Below are positions 9,470 through 18,126 of a stretch of DNA of 40,060 nt, one piece after another; position 1 is the stretch's first letter, and the number at the start of each line of letters is the position of its first letter. A model generated the notes under the pieces. The model did no database searches. It worked only from the letters and a program-made list of their open reading frames with translations, and was not told where the DNA came from. A program made the translations under genes and the position numbers. The DNA lies in IMG/VR virus record IMGVR_UViG_2563366805_000009, one strand, 5' to 3'. The DNA is from a virus. Lineage: Duplodnaviria; Heunggongvirae; Uroviricota; Caudoviricetes.

Positions 9470-10276
9470 TTATTTAGAAAGGTACTTATCTCTAAGTTGA
9501 TTCAGTCTGTCAGCATCGCGTTCTGAAAACTCGGCGTCACCATAGATCGATTTCCCATCTGCGTCTTCAAGGCCAATGACTGTGACGGTAAATATAGCAT
9601 CAGCCGGAACTTTAAGTTTTCCCCAATCAGAGTATCTATTAGGGGCTAATTTCCAGTTGGCTTTCTCACCTGGTTCCAGACCTCCAGAAATTTTATAGTT
9701 GAAGACGTCAGAGAACCAAGGGACGCTTCTTCCTGGGCTGGCAATAACTCCTTTGAAGAATACTCTGGCAACCGCTTTGTCTGTTCCGTTTTCAACGCTA
9801 ATATCCAGAATTGGCTGATCATTGCCGTAATCCTCTTTCTGGAAATAAAAACGGGAACGTTCGACCTTGAAGGCTTTCATTTTTTCCGCAGCCTGTGTTG
9901 CAGAGGTTTGTTTGGCTTCCAGTTCTTTTATTTCTTGCAGAGCCTGTTCTTTCTCTCTCTTCTCACGCTCAAGGCGAATAGTTTGTGCGTAATTTATAAC
10001 CTCATCACCAGTTTTACCTTCCAACGCTGACTTAATTTTTGTTTCGTAGACGTCCCCAGAAGACGTTCCAGCCTGCATTAGCTCTCTCATGTTGATTTGG
10101 CTAAAGGCAACGACTTTAACTGCATCATCAAACTGAGCTTTTTTATCTGCAGGTAAGGACTCTCTTACTTTTTGAATGGACTCTTTCATCGACTGATCGC
10201 TTGATGCATCGATCTTCGGTTTGTCACAAGCAGTAAGCAGCAGAGCAAAAGCAATTACGCCAGTTAATTTCTTCAT
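9470..10276 (-). CDS. Lipoprotein (268 aa), function unknown
   Basis: Start moved to internal ATG (MKKLTGVIAFALLLTAC…, lipobox LTAC); charged coiled-coil-like middle region; ORF track 9470..10348. Confidence 0.6.
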   Translation of the reverse strand: MKKLTGVIAFALLLTACDKPKIDASSDQSMKESIQKVRESLPADKKAQFDDAVKVVAFSQINMRELMQAGTSSGDVYETKIKSALEGKTGDEVINYAQTIRLEREKREKEQALQEIKELEAKQTSATQAAEKMKAFKVERSRFYFQKEDYGNDQPILDISVENGTDKAVARVFFKGVIASPGRSVPWFSDVFNYKISGGLEPGEKANWKLAPNRYSDWGKLKVPADAIFTVTVIGLEDADGKSIYGDAEFSERDADRLNQLRDKYLSK

Positions 10277-10437
10277 ATCCCTATCCCAATCGTAAAAAAA
10301 CAAGGCTAATCCTAACAGGATTAGCGGGCATGACAAACTCATAGCCATATAGGTGTGCTGTATAAATTAGCGGGATGAGAAAGCCTGCACAGACCCTCAT
10401 GTTGAAACTTGATTTTAGCTCAAAAGAGCTGACACTA

Positions 10438-10618
10438 AATAACTGCGCGGAATAATGTTCCACTTTCGGTTAGCCCTTGGCCCTTGGCTCTTGCTGGGTA
10501 AGGCGTGGGGCCGTTTTCTTCGCCTGATCCTGCTGTATCTGGCCTACAGTATGTTGTCCTTACGCGACATGCCACATGTCAGTAAACGGCAGGTGTAGCA
10601 GTATTAGACGCAGCTATT
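10438..10618 (+). mobile_element. 181-bp MITE-like element with IS630-type terminal repeats, TA duplication in a CTAG target
   Basis: Left end AATAACTGCGCGGAATAAT matches the IS630 left end at 7750 (2 mismatches); right end GTGTAGCAGTATTAGACGCAGCTATT matches the IS right end (2 mismatches); TA at 10436..10437 and 10619..10620; flanking C…G; no ORF inside. Confidence 0.6.
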
Positions 10619-10805
10619 TAGTGTGTATTAAGCTGGCTCATATTTATGACTGGTTTCAAGGTTTGACCGATTTTCATGTCATGCATGTCTATGCTGCATG
10701 AGTTCGCATGATCGTTTGAGGATCGGTTTGGCTAAGACATGCCAGAACTGGCGGGCTTTTGCTCATGTCATGCAGGTGCATGAAAACTACTACATAAAGC
10801 GGGCA

Positions 10806-10824
10806 GGCGTGGCGGGGATACGAG
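10806..10824. other. Probable cos site (19-nt cohesive-end region) of the P2/186-family phage
   Basis: GGCGTGGCGGGGATACGAG resembles the recalled P2/186 cohesive end GGCG(A/T)GGCGGGGAAAGCA(C/T) over the first 13 nt; lies between the A-side accessory region and the portal gene, as in P2. Confidence 0.4.
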
Positions 10825-10983
10825 CGCGCGCTCGCTTAGTTTTGTAACACTCTGAGTAAGGTCGCTTTTTAGAAGCAAATGGCTTGCAAATTTTTTCAAC
10901 ATTGAGGTAATTTGTTAGGTATCGAAGGATAAATTAAGACAAGAGCAAATTCTTATTGCTTTTTGGATGACTAGGTGCAAGTT

Positions 10984-12090
10984 ATGACAGGTAGTGTCCC
11001 AGTAGTGCTTTCTGAGTCTGAGTTAAAGTCGATCTTGACCTTAACTGAACGTTTCACATGGAACGTTGCAAGGCCAATTATTGCGTCTTTAGGGCTGCCA
11101 ACAGGTAGGGGGCGTGAAGCAACAAACGAAAAAATACTAGAAAGCCTCATTGATCTTAAAAGTAAAGATAGGCAAAAGTTTGATGGCATTATGGCAAACG
11201 TAAATGACCTAATTTTGGGTCAGGTCGTTTATGGTGAAAAAGCAATATTTAGTTTGACTGTAGATAATAGTGTAATTAAAACACTAAATGACAGATTTAG
11301 TTTCCAATGGAATTTGATGAATCAACCATCATTATTGGTTGATTCGATCCTTGATGATGTCCAATTGCAAAATGCTGTAAAAAATCAACCTGAACTTGTT
11401 AATTATTCTATTCAAAACACCCAGTCAATACTTGTTTTTTCATCTGTCAGAGAATTAGTTGTAAGAGAAAAAATTCCCCCGTCAGCACTTGCGCAATACA
11501 AGCAGTTTGATGAAATTATTGCAAAGCGAAAAGAAAAGCGACAATGTTTTGATGTCTGTATATTAGACTCTGTTACTAATAAAATTCATGTTTTGGTAGA
11601 TACTAATGGTAATATTATTGGTGATAATGTTACTTTTGCAAAGAGTAACATTATTCGTGAATTGTATAATCATGTCGGTTATGAATTTAAATCATCGGAA
11701 AAAGATTTTTATCCGTTAATTGAGCCAATTTTCAAACAAAATTCATTGCCTTATTCAAAATTAAGCTATAAAGTCTTTGATTTGTCATTTTTGACGAATG
11801 AGGGGACTACGCATAAAGAAAAGAAAAATGTGGCCACTAAAGACTTACGTGATGATTTGTTTAATAAGGAAGGCATCAAAGCAGTAGGCAGTATTGGTTT
11901 GTATCGTATTGGAATTAGAGTTGATAGAAATAATCCAAAACTGCAATTAGCGGATAACGTAGAGCTTATCATTCCGGGAACACTCCGCAGGCATCTAGGA
12001 GGGAGTAGTTGCTCTCCTGTTAACTATGCTATATTAAGTAAATGTATATCCAAAGATGATTTCGAAACCCTCACAAAGCTGATATTATAA
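10984..12090 (+). CDS. Hypothetical protein, gene 1 of AT-rich three-gene operon (368 aa)
   Basis: ORF track 10975..12090 (GTG); ATG 10984 preferred, AGGTG RBS 6 nt upstream; no P-loop, no nucleotidyltransferase GS…DxD or RT YADD motif seen by eye; strongly AT-rich. Confidence 0.6.
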   Translation: MTGSVPVVLSESELKSILTLTERFTWNVARPIIASLGLPTGRGREATNEKILESLIDLKSKDRQKFDGIMANVNDLILGQVVYGEKAIFSLTVDNSVIKTLNDRFSFQWNLMNQPSLLVDSILDDVQLQNAVKNQPELVNYSIQNTQSILVFSSVRELVVREKIPPSALAQYKQFDEIIAKRKEKRQCFDVCILDSVTNKIHVLVDTNGNIIGDNVTFAKSNIIRELYNHVGYEFKSSEKDFYPLIEPIFKQNSLPYSKLSYKVFDLSFLTNEGTTHKEKKNVATKDLRDDLFNKEGIKAVGSIGLYRIGIRVDRNNPKLQLADNVELIIPGTLRRHLGGSSCSPVNYAILSKCISKDDFETLTKLIL

Positions 12091-12102
12091 TTGGAGTCAG
12101 CA

Positions 12103-12537
12103 ATGAAGGATGGTGATATGCCCAAGATCATCAAAGAAATGTGTGCAGAACGCCCTGAAATTGGGGCGTTAGCTTGCTATTTGTACGATGAAATCGAGGC
12201 AAGGGCTAAAAAATCATCAAATATAGCTTTAAGTTATAAGGATTTATTTAATATAGCTGGTGGTTATAATAAGGTTTTACAGCCAGAAACGTATGAGCAG
12301 GTTATCTATCCGGCCATACAAATTCTTTGTAGCCCAAAGGTTGATTTTTTAAAACTCAATTATTGGTTCATTGATGATTTTCATGACCCTGTAGAACTTG
12401 AAATAGAGGAAGTTATTGAGGCGGAAATCAGTCAATCTTTAGCAAACCCATTTACAGGGGAGCTTATGTATGACTATAAGTCATTCGTATTTCCTTTTTT
12501 TACATTAGATGAATCTAAATCAAAGGATATTATCTGA
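12103..12537 (+). CDS. Hypothetical acidic protein, gene 2 of operon (144 aa)
   Basis: ORF track 12091..12537 (TTG); ATG 12103 with GGAG 6 nt upstream; begins 12 nt after gene 1 stop. Confidence 0.55.
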   Translation: MKDGDMPKIIKEMCAERPEIGALACYLYDEIEARAKKSSNIALSYKDLFNIAGGYNKVLQPETYEQVIYPAIQILCSPKVDFLKLNYWFIDDFHDPVELEIEEVIEAEISQSLANPFTGELMYDYKSFVFPFFTLDESKSKDII

Positions 12538-13202
12538 TGTTAAAAATGTCTGCAGCAATGAGTTTGGCTGATATTGATAATGATATTTTTCTTCAGCGTA
12601 TTAATGCTTCTATTACTCGTGTTAGATTTGCACTTCAATCGTACGATAATTTCAAACAATTTGTCAGGATTGAACTTGATTCTGCTGTAAAGGAAATAGA
12701 AGAGAATTCAAATAAGTTAAACTTCGATTTAACAGAAGATCAGCTTACTTTAATTTTATTGGCCAATATCAAAAATAAAGATATGGGCATTGAAGCATTT
12801 CATGAAAATAATCAGCGCGGACATTGTGATATTACAATAAAACTAAAGGATTATATTTGGCATGGCGAAGCCAAAAAACATACATCTTCATATAGTTATT
12901 TATTTAAAGGGTATGCTCAACTCACTGAACGATATAGTACAGGGACCGTAGACAGCGCAAGTGGTGGATTGATTATCTATACTCGTAATAGAAAATGTAA
13001 TGAAATGATGAGCAACTGGAAGGCGCATTTAGATAAATTCGCACCAAGAATTCATGCCTGTAAATCTATAACGATTACTCCTTGTCAAAAAAATCCATTG
13101 GTTTTTTATAGCCAGCATGTTCACACAGTTACTCAACTGAATTATGAAGTTATTCATTACCCTGTAAATCTATATCATGAGCCTGTAGATCCGGATCTTT
13201 AA
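12537..13202 (+). CDS. Hypothetical protein with PD-(D/E)xK-like nuclease motif, gene 3 of operon (221 aa)
   Basis: Start overlaps gene 2 stop (TGATG); motif …AFHENNQRGHCDITIKLKDYIWHGEAKKH (E…D-x13-E-x-K). Confidence 0.55.
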   Translation: MLKMSAAMSLADIDNDIFLQRINASITRVRFALQSYDNFKQFVRIELDSAVKEIEENSNKLNFDLTEDQLTLILLANIKNKDMGIEAFHENNQRGHCDITIKLKDYIWHGEAKKHTSSYSYLFKGYAQLTERYSTGTVDSASGGLIIYTRNRKCNEMMSNWKAHLDKFAPRIHACKSITITPCQKNPLVFYSQHVHTVTQLNYEVIHYPVNLYHEPVDPDL

Positions 13203-13242
13203 GTTTTAATGCTCATGTCTTGGTGATTTTAAACTAAAGAAT

Positions 13243-13270
13243 AAAAGCCTGTTTGTACAGGCTTTTAAAT
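13243..13270. terminator. Bidirectional Rho-independent terminator between operon and portal gene
   Basis: Perfect 10-bp inverted repeat AAAAGCCTGT/ACAGGCTTTT with 4-nt loop, T-run after the stem on both strands. Confidence 0.5.
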
Positions 13271-13271
13271 A

Positions 13272-14309
13272 TCATTCAATACCTAAATTATAATCTTCAA
13301 AACGCATGACTTCTTCTCCAAGCCAGTCGTTCAATTCCTGAAGGCGCTTCTGCAGAGGTATCAACTCGTTGCGAACAAAGACGCGGCTGGCTTTCTCCAC
13401 ATCCCCAAAACCCCCAACATTACTCGGCATAATCCCCATCATTTGCGGCGGCACACGATGTGCTGCCATCATGTCATCCCGACTCACGTTCTTGATATTC
13501 AAAAACTCATCCTTCGCTGCGACCTCTGACAACGGGATAATCTGAAGTCCGTCCTTTTTGCCGTTAGGCGAGTACATAAACAGATTGCGGAAGTTGCCAG
13601 GGCCTTTGGCGCTTTTCATTGCGTTGCGGAGGTTGTTCACATCTTCCTGGTTCTGCGCGGCATCGGTCATATACATGATGAAGCCTGCATGGCTACCGTT
13701 AATGTAATACTTGCGGCGGAACAGCGTGGCGGACTCGTTGAGCAGGGCTGACGGAATGGCAGAAAGATAACCGGGCAGGCCGTAGATCTCCTGGTTGATG
13801 TCCGGTTCCATCAGATGAAAAATGCTGCCTTTCGTGAACTGATACGGCAGGGTTGTCATACCGTATTGCACAAACCAGTAGGTATCCAGGTCTAATCCGC
13901 GTCGGGTGTATTTTGCAAGCGCAGGCTCAATAGCGATAACTTCACCGAATCGGTTCGTGCGTTTCTCCAGGTAGGCGTTACCAAATACCAGATAGTCCTG
14001 CACAAAACGCGAAAAAGCCTGCTGGCTGAGCAGCGGATGAGGGATATAGGTACTGGTCAGAATGTTGCACTTTACTGCAATCGGGGAACTGTGATGCACG
14101 GCGGCGCGGAAGGTGCGCGCCAGTCCGTCAAAGCTGACGGGCGGCTCATACCAACGGTCCATCTGTACGCATTCCACATAATCCAGCAGTTCTCGGCGGT
14201 CCAGAACAGGAACGGGATCGCCGAAGCTGAATGCTTCGGCTGTAGTTTGACTTTTAAGCTGGATCTGTTTCGTCGCCGCAGCGCGGTTCTTCTTACTCTT
14301 TCCCATCAA
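13272..14309 (-). CDS. Q: Portal protein (P2 gpQ family)
   Basis: 345-aa ORF, size and position match P2 Q; overlaps the terminase gene start/stop. Confidence 0.9.
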   Translation of the reverse strand: MMGKSKKNRAAATKQIQLKSQTTAEAFSFGDPVPVLDRRELLDYVECVQMDRWYEPPVSFDGLARTFRAAVHHSSPIAVKCNILTSTYIPHPLLSQQAFSRFVQDYLVFGNAYLEKRTNRFGEVIAIEPALAKYTRRGLDLDTYWFVQYGMTTLPYQFTKGSIFHLMEPDINQEIYGLPGYLSAIPSALLNESATLFRRKYYINGSHAGFIMYMTDAAQNQEDVNNLRNAMKSAKGPGNFRNLFMYSPNGKKDGLQIIPLSEVAAKDEFLNIKNVSRDDMMAAHRVPPQMMGIMPSNVGGFGDVEKASRVFVRNELIPLQKRLQELNDWLGEEVMRFEDYNLGIE

Positions 14310-16072
14310 AAAATCTCCACAATATTGCTGGTATTGGCGGATTCGCCCTGCAGCGGTTCGTTAAACAGTGCGTGCATCGTTGCCCAGGCCAGATCGGCGT
14401 GGCTGGCTTCTTCGCTGCGGCTGGCTTCATAGGTCGGGCGGTTGCCACTGGCGGTGGTGGCGCGACGGATTGCCATAAAGGACTGCGCTATGTCGGTGTG
14501 TCCGGCGTCAAACTCCAGACGGCGGTGGCTGATAATGTCGTAGGCCTTGAGTACCAGGGCGTTTTTAACGTTGGGGTTGTAGACAAACTCCCGGACGGCA
14601 GGAAAAAACGCTTTCACGTTCTCGTAAACCCCGTGACCAACGCCGGTTGAGTCGATACCGATATAGGTCACGTTGTACTGTTCGGTCAGTTTTTTGATGG
14701 CGTCAGCCTGGGCGCGGAAGTCCATTCCGCGCCACTGGTGACGCTCAAGAATGCGGAACTTACCGCCCGGCACGGCTGGCGGCGCCACCACCACGCATCC
14801 GGCGCTGTCGCCGTTCTGCGTACCTTTCGCCGGGTCATATCCGATCCACACTTCGCGCCAGCCAAACGGGCGCAGGGCCAGTGCATGAAAGTCGGTCCAG
14901 ACTTCCCAACTGTCCACCATGCACGCCTGCAGCTCGCTGAGTGGGAACACAGACGCGAGATCGTCCACGAACTCACACATCAGCAGGTTCTGGTATTCGT
15001 CCGGGCTGTACTCCATGCGCAACTGGTCGAGGTCGAACAGGTTACAGCCGCCGCGCACCGCATCTTCCACAGTGACTATCTGGCGGTACTGCCCGTCTGC
15101 GCACAGCAGGCCGGGGGCCAGATTGCTGTGGGACAGGTCGATGTCCACCTTATCGGCTTTGCTGCGCCCTCGGTTGAACAGCGCACCGGACCAGAACGGA
15201 TAAGCACTGTGTGTCAGGCTGGATGGCGTGGAAAAATAGGTTTGTCGCCATTTTTTGTGAATAGCCATACCGGAAGCCACTTTGCCCAGCTCCTGGAATT
15301 TCGGTATCCAGAAATATTCATCCAGATACAGGTTGCCGTGGTAACTCTGGGCCGTGCGGGCATTGGTGCCGAGGAAGTACAGCGTGGCCCCGTTAGGAAG
15401 CACCATCGGATCGCCTTTCAGCTCCACCTCCACTTCTTTGGCGAAGTCGATGATGTACTGCTTAAAGACGTGGGCCTGAGCCTTGCTGGCGGAAAGGAAA
15501 ATCTGGTTACGCCCGGTTAGCAGGGCGTCAATCAGGGCTTCACGGGCAAAATAGAAGGTCGCGCCGATCTGGCGTGACTTCAGCAGGTTGCGGATGCGGT
15601 TGGTTTTTCCGGCTTCCCACCAGTGGCGCTGGTAGTTGAACATGGAGGAATGGAAGATTTCTTCCAACTTCTCAATCTGTTCATCGGTGAAAACGTTCTT
15701 TTCCGGCTGACGGCGCGGGCCTTTGTTGCGGTTGGCGACGTTAGGGTTTAAGTCGGCTTCGTTGCCGCCATTGTTAAACTTGCCGATCCGCGCATGGCGC
15801 TCCGACTGGCGCGCCAGCAGGTCAATCTCTTTGAAATCTTTCCCTTCTTTGTGCTCCTTCATAATGAGCTGGCAGTAGCGTGCGGCGGTGGTGAGCTGCA
15901 TCTGATCAAGCGGCCCATAGTCACCCCACTTGTCGCGTTTTTTCCAGCTGTGAACGGTTGCAACTTTCTCGCCCAGCATTTCAGCAATGCGGGCTACGCG
16001 GTATCCCTGAAAGTACAGCAGCATGGCCTGCCGACGGGGATCGAGATCTGCGGGTGTCAGTGTGGTGTTCAT
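14306..16072 (-). CDS. P: Terminase large (ATPase) subunit (P2 gpP family)
   Basis: 588-aa ORF adjacent to portal, N-terminus …TPADLDPRRQ… like P2 gpP as recalled. Confidence 0.9.
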   Translation of the reverse strand: MNTTLTPADLDPRRQAMLLYFQGYRVARIAEMLGEKVATVHSWKKRDKWGDYGPLDQMQLTTAARYCQLIMKEHKEGKDFKEIDLLARQSERHARIGKFNNGGNEADLNPNVANRNKGPRRQPEKNVFTDEQIEKLEEIFHSSMFNYQRHWWEAGKTNRIRNLLKSRQIGATFYFAREALIDALLTGRNQIFLSASKAQAHVFKQYIIDFAKEVEVELKGDPMVLPNGATLYFLGTNARTAQSYHGNLYLDEYFWIPKFQELGKVASGMAIHKKWRQTYFSTPSSLTHSAYPFWSGALFNRGRSKADKVDIDLSHSNLAPGLLCADGQYRQIVTVEDAVRGGCNLFDLDQLRMEYSPDEYQNLLMCEFVDDLASVFPLSELQACMVDSWEVWTDFHALALRPFGWREVWIGYDPAKGTQNGDSAGCVVVAPPAVPGGKFRILERHQWRGMDFRAQADAIKKLTEQYNVTYIGIDSTGVGHGVYENVKAFFPAVREFVYNPNVKNALVLKAYDIISHRRLEFDAGHTDIAQSFMAIRRATTASGNRPTYEASRSEEASHADLAWATMHALFNEPLQGESANTSNIVEIF

Positions 16073-16118
16073 GGCACAAACCTACAGCCTTGAATGAAGG
16101 CTTTCCCCGCCTGCGGTT

Positions 16119-16136
16119 TGTGTGGTTGTCGGTACA
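16119..16136. promoter_or_regulatory. Ogr/Delta activator site TGT-N12-ACA of late promoter (P/O divergent region)
   Basis: TGTGTGGTTGTCGGTACA, about 80 bp upstream of the O start; P2 late promoters carry TGT-N12-ACA near -55. Confidence 0.45.
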
Positions 16137-16214
16137 AATACCGCGCATTGTTTCACTGCCCCCATCACCGCAACCATAAGGCTCCAGTAAGTTTTTTCTA
16201 ACGGAGCACGGCTC

Positions 16215-17048
16215 ATGACAGTGAAAGCAAAGCGTTTTCGCATCGGGGTGGAAGGTGCCACCACCGACGGACGCGAAATCCAGCGTGAATGGCTGGAACA
16301 GATGGCAGCCAGCTATAACCCGGCGGTGTATACCGCGCTGATTAACCTTGAGCACATCAAGTCTTATCTGCCGGACAGCACCTTTAACCGCTACGGCAAG
16401 GTGACGGCGCTGTTTGCTGAAGAAATCACGGAAGGTCCGCTGGCAGGCAAGATGGCGCTGTATGCTGACGTTGAGCCAACGGAGTCCCTGGTGGAACTGG
16501 TGAAAAAAGGCCAGAAATTATTCACCTCTATGGAAGTCAGCCCGAAGTTCGCTGATACGGGCAAAGCCTACCTGGTCGGCCTGGCTGCCACTGATGACCC
16601 TGCCAGTCTGGGCACTGAAATGCTGACATTCAGCGCCAGTGCAGCCCATAACCCGCTGGCAAACCGCAAGCAGAATCCCGCCAATCTCTTTACCGCCGCA
16701 GAGGAAACGGTGATCGAACTGGAAGAAGTCCAGGACGACAAACCGTCCCTGTTTGCCCGCGTCACGGCGCTGTTTACCAAAAAAGAGCAGTCCGATGACG
16801 CCCGGTTCTCTGATGTGCATAAGGCCGTGGAGCTGGTCGCCACTGAGCAGCAGAACCTGAGCGCACGCACCGAAAAATCCCTGTCTGAGCAGGAAGAACG
16901 CCTGTCTGAGCTGGAGACTGCCCTGCAGGCACAGCAAACCGCCTTTAACGAACTGGTGGACAAGCTGAGTCATGAAGACAGCCGCCAGGACTACCGCCAG
17001 CGTGCAACAGGCGGTAACGCCCCCGCTGACACTCTGACCAATTGCTGA
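16215..17048 (+). CDS. O: Capsid scaffolding protein (P2 gpO family)
   Basis: 277 aa, N-terminus …RFRIGVEGATTDGREI… as in gpO; precedes major capsid gene. Confidence 0.85.
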   Translation: MTVKAKRFRIGVEGATTDGREIQREWLEQMAASYNPAVYTALINLEHIKSYLPDSTFNRYGKVTALFAEEITEGPLAGKMALYADVEPTESLVELVKKGQKLFTSMEVSPKFADTGKAYLVGLAATDDPASLGTEMLTFSASAAHNPLANRKQNPANLFTAAEETVIELEEVQDDKPSLFARVTALFTKKEQSDDARFSDVHKAVELVATEQQNLSARTEKSLSEQEERLSELETALQAQQTAFNELVDKLSHEDSRQDYRQRATGGNAPADTLTNC

Positions 17049-17064
17049 TGGAGCACAAAACCTG

Positions 17065-18123
17065 ATGAAGAAGAATACCCGCTTTGCTTTTAACGCTTAC
17101 CTGCAGCAGCTGGCGCGTCTGAACGGTGTGGCAGTTGAAGAACTGTCCAGCAAGTTCACCGTAGAGCCGTCTGTACAGCAGACGCTGGAAGACCAGATCC
17201 AGCAGTCCGCCGCTTTCCTGACGCTGATTAACGTCACGCCAGTGACTGAGCAGTCCGGTCAGCTGCTGGGGCTGGGAGTTGGCAGCACCATTGCCGGAAC
17301 CACTGACACCACCGCGAAAGAGCGTGAACCTGTCGATCCGACGCTGATGGTCGATGTGGAATATAAATGCGAGCAGACCAACTTTGACACGGTGCTGACC
17401 TACGCGAAGCTGGACCTGTGGGCGAAGTTTCAGGATTTCCAGGTGCGCATCCGTGACGCCATCGTGAAACGTCAGGCACTGGACCGCATCATGATCGGCT
17501 TTAACGGCGTGAAGCGTGCGAAAACCTCCAACCGTAGCGATAACCCGCTGCTGCAGGATGTGAACAAAGGCTGGCTGCAGAAAATCCGTGAAGATGCACC
17601 GGATCACGTCATGGGCAGCACCACCACGGGCGGTGAAACCACACCGGGTGCGGTGAAAGTCGGGAAAGGTGGCGAATATGCCAACCTGGACGCCGTGGTG
17701 ATGGATGCCGTCAATGAGCTTATCGATGTGGTCTACCAGGACGATGACGATCTGGTGGTGATTTGCGGTCGTGAACTGCTGTCTGACAAGTATTTCCCGC
17801 TGGTCAACAAAGAGCAGGAAAACAGTGAAAAACTGGCTGCCGATATGATCATCAGTCAGAAACGCATGGTTGGCCTGCAGGCCGTGCGTGCGCCGTTCTT
17901 CCCGCCGAATGCACTGCTGATCACCCGTCTGGATAACCTGTCCATCTACTGGCAGGAAGACACCCGCCGCCGCTCAGTTATCGACAACCCGAAACGTGAC
18001 CGGATTGAAAACTTTGAATCCGTTAACGAAGCCTATGTGGTTGAGGACTACCGCTGCGCCGCACTGGTGGAAAACATCCAGATTGGCGACTTCAGCGCCG
18101 CAGCAGCAGAAACCGGAGCGTAA
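17065..18123 (+). CDS. N: Major capsid protein (P2 gpN family)
   Basis: 352 aa, N-terminus …TRFAFNAYLQQLARLNGV… resembles gpN. Confidence 0.9.
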   Translation: MKKNTRFAFNAYLQQLARLNGVAVEELSSKFTVEPSVQQTLEDQIQQSAAFLTLINVTPVTEQSGQLLGLGVGSTIAGTTDTTAKEREPVDPTLMVDVEYKCEQTNFDTVLTYAKLDLWAKFQDFQVRIRDAIVKRQALDRIMIGFNGVKRAKTSNRSDNPLLQDVNKGWLQKIREDAPDHVMGSTTTGGETTPGAVKVGKGGEYANLDAVVMDAVNELIDVVYQDDDDLVVICGRELLSDKYFPLVNKEQENSEKLAADMIISQKRMVGLQAVRAPFFPPNALLITRLDNLSIYWQEDTRRRSVIDNPKRDRIENFESVNEAYVVEDYRCAALVENIQIGDFSAAAAETGA

Positions 18124-18126
18124 TTC

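Noticed and set aside
10975-12090. Possibility that operon gene 1 is a retron reverse transcriptase or a CBASS cyclase
   Set aside because: No YADD-type RT motif and no GS…[DE]x[DE] nucleotidyltransferase signature were found by eye; left as unassigned.
14738-15520. 260-aa plus-strand ORF inside the terminase large subunit gene
   Set aside because: Antisense to gene P, His/Arg/Ala-rich composition; no independent support.
16945-17607. 220-aa minus-strand ORF overlapping major capsid gene N
   Set aside because: Antisense to a conserved structural gene; translation is low-complexity.
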